Shown here piece after piece: positions 59,197-64,000 of a stretch of 64,000 nt of DNA. Numbering within the stretch: the stretch's first letter is position 1; every line of letters begins with the position of its first letter. Source of the DNA: Escherichia phage PP01; the sequence record NC_054930.1. One strand, written 5' to 3'. Made by a program: the position numbers and the translations under genes. The notes below the pieces were generated by a model. That model was not told the origin of the DNA, searched no databases, and saw only the letters and a list, made by a program, of their open reading frames with translations.

Positions 59197-61293
59197 TTAT
59201 CCTTGAACGAACTTGTAAGGCATGTTTGTAATATCTATGCAAGACGCAATAATTCCAAGAGATGATTCTACTTTCTGTTTAATATTTGATGAAACAAATG
59301 ATGCAAAGTCAACTCTGTCTTCTATTTCAATATCATCTGTCATTGCAACTACTTCGCCGGTTTCCATTAGACGGTCACCGTCATAAATTACTGATTCGGT
59401 GAGTTCTTCCGTAGTCATAACTTCAGCTTGAATGAGTTTTGTATTATTAGATGTTGTTCCGTCATTATTAGAAGCATCAGTTATTTTATTAACTTTGACC
59501 ATCAATCCGCGTGGTAGAATAACTTCAGCTTCTGTTGCTATTCCGAGACTTCCTGGATATACAACATTAACTTTATGAGCTCCATCAATTGCCCATCCTA
59601 TTTGAACTTTAACGTATTCAGGATTTTCTTTATACGCTCTTATTTCGTTTGGATTGATAGTTATTCCTTCTTCATTTTTATCAACTGTTAATTCATTACG
59701 AGCTTCTGGTTCTAAAAGACCTATACCAGCATGTGTAATTCCAAAACGTCCAAAAATGATAGGAGTTAAAGAAGTAGATACAAAATTTCTGAAATAGAAC
59801 ACTTTATTTTTAACTAGTGCTTCGTATATAGGAGCAGTCATGCTTTGAGCACGATAAACTGTAATGCCTTCTGGTATACGGTCACCATTTTCAAAAGCTG
59901 AATCTAAATTATTTATCGCAGATTCAATTTCTTTTTCACTCATTACATCATATCGTTCTGGATTGTAGCGGCCTAAAAGAAGATTATTGATGTCAGTATA
60001 TCCTGATCCACAATACTCTCTAATGCCGCGCTTTTGCGATGGAGTATATTTAGAACCATCACGTGCAATGGTAATATCAATCATTGGACCTGCACCAATT
60101 CCAGAAAAGCTATAAATCATTCGTTTGAGGAATTTAGTTTTTGCTGCGTTCCAGGAATTTTTAGTTATTTCTTCCCAGACTTCATCTGGCTGCCCTTTAC
60201 GAGTTTTATTATGTTTATCAAGCCAATTATCTTTATATTCTTCAAAGAATTGATTAACAGCTGCTGCGTATTTCTCTAAACATTTTATTGAAGTAGTTGG
60301 TTCATTTTTAATCGCATTAAGAATTACATCTTTAATTTTTTCAGAAACTTCATTAACCTCACTTTTTGAAAAGAATTTATAATCATAGTGAAGTTCATCT
60401 GCAGTTCCTTCAGCAATAATTTTTGCTGCCTTAGTTTTAGAAGCTAATGAATTAATTCCAAGTTTCATTTCTTCTGCTTCAGGAATTAAAGGAGCTGTAG
60501 CAGGTTTATTGAAATTAGCTGCGGTAGATTCATACTTCTGGAATAATTCACTTTCAAATCTAGAAGATTCTAATGATTGACTTTGCGCAATTGCTCTACG
60601 GGAAATTTTAACTTTAACGATTACAGCTTGGTCAGAACGTTTATCATTTTCTTGTGCAATAGAAGCAGCAATTGCCTCATTTTTAGTTACTTGAGCTCCA
60701 GTATCTTTATTAATATAAACATCGCCGACTTTCGATTCAACTTTAGTAAAGAGCTCGGTACTAATTTCCGGAACTCCTGGAATGTCTTCTAGTGATACAT
60801 TTTTGCGATGTATAAGAATATATGCATACTTTTTATCATAATCCCAGAGTTCCTTAAGAAGGACGTATCTGCCACCTGAACGACTACGGATAAGTCTATC
60901 AGCAATAACTTGAATTTGTCGAGCTTGACCAGCAGTTTTAGACTTAAGAATACGAAGCATGCAGGCATCAATTTTATACTGACGCATTGTTTGCATTGCA
61001 ATAGTAAAAACTGAATTGATATAATTAATTGGGCTTGGACCGAGACCTTTTAATTTAGCAATTGAACCTTTAGCAGTTAATGTAAAAGGAACAATATGCA
61101 TCATTTTATCGCCCATTTTTAAATCGCGATTAGTATCACCTCCAGATGTATAGGTACATAAACGAAAGCCTGGTTGTTCAATTGCGTCATCAACGTGAAC
61201 TGAAAAAATTTGTGGTATTTTCTTCTTTGGATTTAAGTTTGTAATCGGAAGAGTAGTATCTTCGTCAAATAATTCTGTAATAAGTTCCATCAT
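59197..61293 (-). CDS. alt: Alt ADP-ribosyltransferase (698 aa), packaged head protein
   Basis: N-terminus MMELITELFDEDTTLPITNL... as I recall for T4 Alt; ART signature VYRAQ, FVSTSL, EAEVILPRG; own late promoter. Confidence 0.8.
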   Translation of the reverse strand: MMELITELFDEDTTLPITNLNPKKKIPQIFSVHVDDAIEQPGFRLCTYTSGGDTNRDLKMGDKMMHIVPFTLTAKGSIAKLKGLGPSPINYINSVFTIAMQTMRQYKIDACMLRILKSKTAGQARQIQVIADRLIRSRSGGRYVLLKELWDYDKKYAYILIHRKNVSLEDIPGVPEISTELFTKVESKVGDVYINKDTGAQVTKNEAIAASIAQENDKRSDQAVIVKVKISRRAIAQSQSLESSRFESELFQKYESTAANFNKPATAPLIPEAEEMKLGINSLASKTKAAKIIAEGTADELHYDYKFFSKSEVNEVSEKIKDVILNAIKNEPTTSIKCLEKYAAAVNQFFEEYKDNWLDKHNKTRKGQPDEVWEEITKNSWNAAKTKFLKRMIYSFSGIGAGPMIDITIARDGSKYTPSQKRGIREYCGSGYTDINNLLLGRYNPERYDVMSEKEIESAINNLDSAFENGDRIPEGITVYRAQSMTAPIYEALVKNKVFYFRNFVSTSLTPIIFGRFGITHAGIGLLEPEARNELTVDKNEEGITINPNEIRAYKENPEYVKVQIGWAIDGAHKVNVVYPGSLGIATEAEVILPRGLMVKVNKITDASNNDGTTSNNTKLIQAEVMTTEELTESVIYDGDRLMETGEVVAMTDDIEIEDRVDFASFVSSNIKQKVESSLGIIASCIDITNMPYKFVQG

Positions 61294-61313
61294 ATCCTCT
61301 CTAGTGTTTATTC

Positions 61314-61321
61314 TATTTATA
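61314..61321 (-). promoter_or_regulatory. Late promoter TATAAATA for the alt operon
   Basis: Plus-strand tatttata, 21 nt upstream of the ATG at 61293. Confidence 0.55.
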
Positions 61322-61325
61322 AAAT

Positions 61326-61343
61326 TAAAGGCCCGAAGGCCTT
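61326..61343 (-). terminator. Hairpin terminator between the 61343..61531 ORF and alt
   Basis: aaaggcccgaaggccttt hairpin with a U-rich tract on the minus strand. Confidence 0.5.
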
Positions 61344-61531
61344 TAATAATCTAGTGGTAAGAGAGTACGGTATATTTCAAACTTTGGCCCTTTTTCATAG
61401 GCATCAAATGTTTCTGTAAATTTATTATAAGCATACGCATCTACAAATTCGAGAATGACTTGCGATACCGAAGTAGAAACATCTCCACCTTCTTTTTGAG
61501 CTATAACAATTGTTTCTAAGTAAGCTTTCAT
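61343..61531 (-). CDS. Hypothetical small protein (30.9-like position)
   Basis: 62 aa ORF whose start overlaps the ligase stop (ATGA). Confidence 0.5.
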   Translation of the reverse strand: MKAYLETIVIAQKEGGDVSTSVSQVILEFVDAYAYNKFTETFDAYEKGPKFEIYRTLLPLDY

Positions 61532-62988
61532 AGACCAGTTACCTCATGAAAATCACCAAATACATCCTCGAATGTATTAGCTTTAGTTTTATCTTCACGT
61601 AAACGAATCGCAATCGGAAGAAATAATTTAACGTAATCAGTGCGGCCATCAGATTTTAACCAACCATTGCATTCGCACTCTAGAATTTTTCCAATATAAT
61701 AATTTTGGTTTTCCATAATGCGAGTACGGTCAAGTTCATGTGATTTTACACCGGCTTTATCTTTTAAGCCTGAACCTGCATTTACTTTAATTTTTCCACA
61801 CTCTGATTCAAGAATAAATCCACCCGCTTTAGTAGGGTCTTTACGGTGAGGATAAATTCCTACAATTTTTAAATCAACATCAATTACTTCTTTAAATTTA
61901 TAGAGATTTTTTGAACGAGCATTTTCCCACAATCCATCGGTATTTTTGAGAATAATACCTTCAAGACCTTGGTCAATATATTTTTTATAAATTACCTTAG
62001 CTTCATCTAGGTTATTTACTACCTGGTTTTCAATTAAAATTACTTTATCATATCCTGATGCCATTTGTTCTAGTTTAGAAAAACGTACATCATATTTTAA
62101 ACGAAACGCCGGAAGACCGTATATTTCTACCAACGGAACATAATCCCAGACCTGAAACTTCATGCATTTGGCTTCTTTTTCTGAAATAGTTCCCTTTAAA
62201 GATTTATTGGCGATTCCATTAGAAGCAGTACGAGATTCAGCTACTTCGGCAAACTCTTTAGCTTTACTGATTTCAGGAGCATCAAAAAGAAAATCTAGGC
62301 CTTCTGGTTCCTTTTCAACTTGCTCATGGTATACCAATTCGCCATCAATTAACACACCTTCTGGATGAATCTGGCGGGCTTCAGCAGTCATTTTGATTAA
62401 CTCTTCCTTAAGAAGATCTAATCCTAAATATTCATTACCAGCTCGCGATAAAAGACGAACATCATCTAATTCATCGCCTCGGACTTCAGCAAAACACCGA
62501 GCTCCATCAGCTTTTAACTGTGCAAAAGCTGGAAACTTGATATTCTTACTAATGCCTTTTTCATCATAAGAACTTGCAAGCATTTGAGGTTGTTCAGGAA
62601 TTAAACCTGGCCAAACTTTGTTTGCAATAGATACTGAAGCACCGCATTCAAGGTCTCGCATCATAACTCGACGCAAAACTTCAACATCATCCTTTTTACC
62701 ATCGGTGATATATCCAGTTAATTCCTCAATTGCTGCATTGCCAGTTAATTTCCGAGTAGCTAACGTGAATTCAATGAAGTCAAGCATATCGGTAATAGTC
62801 AACATTCCAAAACTCTGGGTAGCAATACCAGGTTTAGGCCATTTCTTGATATAATATTGTAACCCACGAGAATAAGTCAGACGATATACTCGTTTAAGCA
62901 ATTCATTATCTTTATTCTTTTCAAGAATTGCTTGCTTCTGTTTAGTTGATCCAATAGATGCTATTTCATTCAGAATTTTAAGAATCAT
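61528..62988 (-). CDS. 30: ATP-dependent DNA ligase (gene 30)
   Basis: 486 aa; N-terminus MILKILNEIASIGSTKQKQAILEKNKDNELLKRVYRLTY matches T4 DNA ligase; adenylation Lys in AQLKADGAR. Confidence 0.96.
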   Translation of the reverse strand: MILKILNEIASIGSTKQKQAILEKNKDNELLKRVYRLTYSRGLQYYIKKWPKPGIATQSFGMLTITDMLDFIEFTLATRKLTGNAAIEELTGYITDGKKDDVEVLRRVMMRDLECGASVSIANKVWPGLIPEQPQMLASSYDEKGISKNIKFPAFAQLKADGARCFAEVRGDELDDVRLLSRAGNEYLGLDLLKEELIKMTAEARQIHPEGVLIDGELVYHEQVEKEPEGLDFLFDAPEISKAKEFAEVAESRTASNGIANKSLKGTISEKEAKCMKFQVWDYVPLVEIYGLPAFRLKYDVRFSKLEQMASGYDKVILIENQVVNNLDEAKVIYKKYIDQGLEGIILKNTDGLWENARSKNLYKFKEVIDVDLKIVGIYPHRKDPTKAGGFILESECGKIKVNAGSGLKDKAGVKSHELDRTRIMENQNYYIGKILECECNGWLKSDGRTDYVKLFLPIAIRLREDKTKANTFEDVFGDFHEVTGL

Positions 62989-63254
62989 TGCTCATCCTTC
63001 AAGGTTTGGTTTACAGCTCTATTATAAATCAATTCATCATTAAGCTCAGGCAAAGACTTATGATATGTAGTTCTAACTTTATTTCCTTGCATCCAGTGCT
63101 TGACGTAAATGAAACCTTGCTCTACACATTTTTTAAAAATTCGTTCGTCTTTTTGAGCTCGGAATTCTGGATTGCATCTAAAAAATTGATTTACGTGACC
63201 GTAATCACGTGTAGTATTACCTTCATTTTCATAAATAGTGTGAACGACAAACAT
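62985..63254 (-). CDS. Hypothetical protein (30.1 position)
   Basis: 89 aa ORF immediately upstream of ligase in the same operon. Confidence 0.6.
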   Translation of the reverse strand: MFVVHTIYENEGNTTRDYGHVNQFFRCNPEFRAQKDERIFKKCVEQGFIYVKHWMQGNKVRTTYHKSLPELNDELIYNRAVNQTLKDEQ

Positions 63255-63985
63255 TAGAATGCTCCTTGAAAAATATTATCACCACTAGTAGGTCTATTAT
63301 ACAAATACTCTATGCCACCAGGTTTAATATAGTTCCATGTCTGAAACGGATGTGTCTGATATGGATGATATGGATGATTATAAGGATTAAATCCAGGCGT
63401 TCTCCAGGTAGTGTTCCAAGGAAAAGAATCGTTTTTAACCATCTTCTCAATTACATCTTTTATAGCTTTTTCACTATCAAAACTTTCTTTATTTTCCTTT
63501 GGTGAAAAAAGCTTATTTTCTACATCATTCCATGTATAAACTCGCTGCGCAGTTTTTGGAATATTGTCACGCTCTCCTCGAGCCATCCAATAAACTGGAA
63601 CATTTAATATTTCACTCGCATGATCGCAGTGATGAGCGAGATCGTCAATATAACAAATTACGTTATATTTCTCTTTTGCCTTTTTGAACAGCTCTTCTTT
63701 TGAAGAATCATGACCACACATCATTACTTCTGAGAAGGCACCGGGAAAAAGAGCATTCAAATTAAATTGACGATTCAACAGAGCGTCAATAGAATCACCC
63801 AATGCTGTAACAGCTACAAAATTATAATCTTCCTTTAATTTGTTAATTACACACAGGGCATCTTTATACGGAGACAAGTAACGAATAAAATCTGAACGAT
63901 TGTATTTTTCAATTAACTTGACGCCAAGTTCTTCGTCACAATTAAAGAGTTTACCTGGAGAAATAAATTTCTCATCTTGGATCAT
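63254..63985 (-). CDS. Hypothetical protein (30.2 position)
   Basis: 243 aa ORF; His/Pro/Tyr-rich segment NPYNHPYHPYQTHPFQTW near the C-terminus. Confidence 0.6.
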   Translation of the reverse strand: MIQDEKFISPGKLFNCDEELGVKLIEKYNRSDFIRYLSPYKDALCVINKLKEDYNFVAVTALGDSIDALLNRQFNLNALFPGAFSEVMMCGHDSSKEELFKKAKEKYNVICYIDDLAHHCDHASEILNVPVYWMARGERDNIPKTAQRVYTWNDVENKLFSPKENKESFDSEKAIKDVIEKMVKNDSFPWNTTWRTPGFNPYNHPYHPYQTHPFQTWNYIKPGGIEYLYNRPTSGDNIFQGAF

Positions 63986-64000
63986 TTTTAAAATATGTTC

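Noticed and set aside
57136-61293. Possibility that the two alt copies are an assembly duplication
   Set aside because: The copies differ at many positions throughout (different lengths, diverged residues even in the N-terminal region), so they are genuine paralogues rather than a collapsed or duplicated repeat.

Overview
The window is a contiguous ~64 kb segment of a T4-like (T-even) lytic myovirus genome, in near-perfect synteny with the phage T4 late/structural region. It runs from the internal-protein genes and endolysin e through an 8-tRNA cluster interrupted by segB, then genes 57B-57A-1-3-2-4 (all minus strand), a long plus-strand block (53, 5, 6-12, wac, 13-19, 20, 67, 68, 21, 22, 23, 24), and finally rnlB, hoc, inh, uvsW, uvsY, 25, 26, 51, 27, 28, 29, 48, 54, alt and DNA ligase 30. 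Identifications rest on protein sequences and lengths I recognise from T4 (e.g. lysozyme, gp5, RNA ligase 2, UvsW, DNA ligase), on gene order, and on motifs read directly from the DNA (late-promoter TATAAATA boxes, GTTTAC early promoters, hairpin terminators, tRNA cloverleaves); no database search was run. Accessory or unusual content against this conserved backbone: (1) several genes carrying the internal-protein capsid-targeting sequence, including one at an unexpected position flanked by duplicated terminators; (2) two tandem, diverged Alt-type ADP-ribosyltransferase genes; (3) a freestanding HNH endonuclease gene between genes 18 and 19; (4) a frameshift-split segD; (5) a Hoc gene enlarged by a tandem duplication; (6) a repeated early-promoter cassette. 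No CRISPR array, integrase or host genes were seen.
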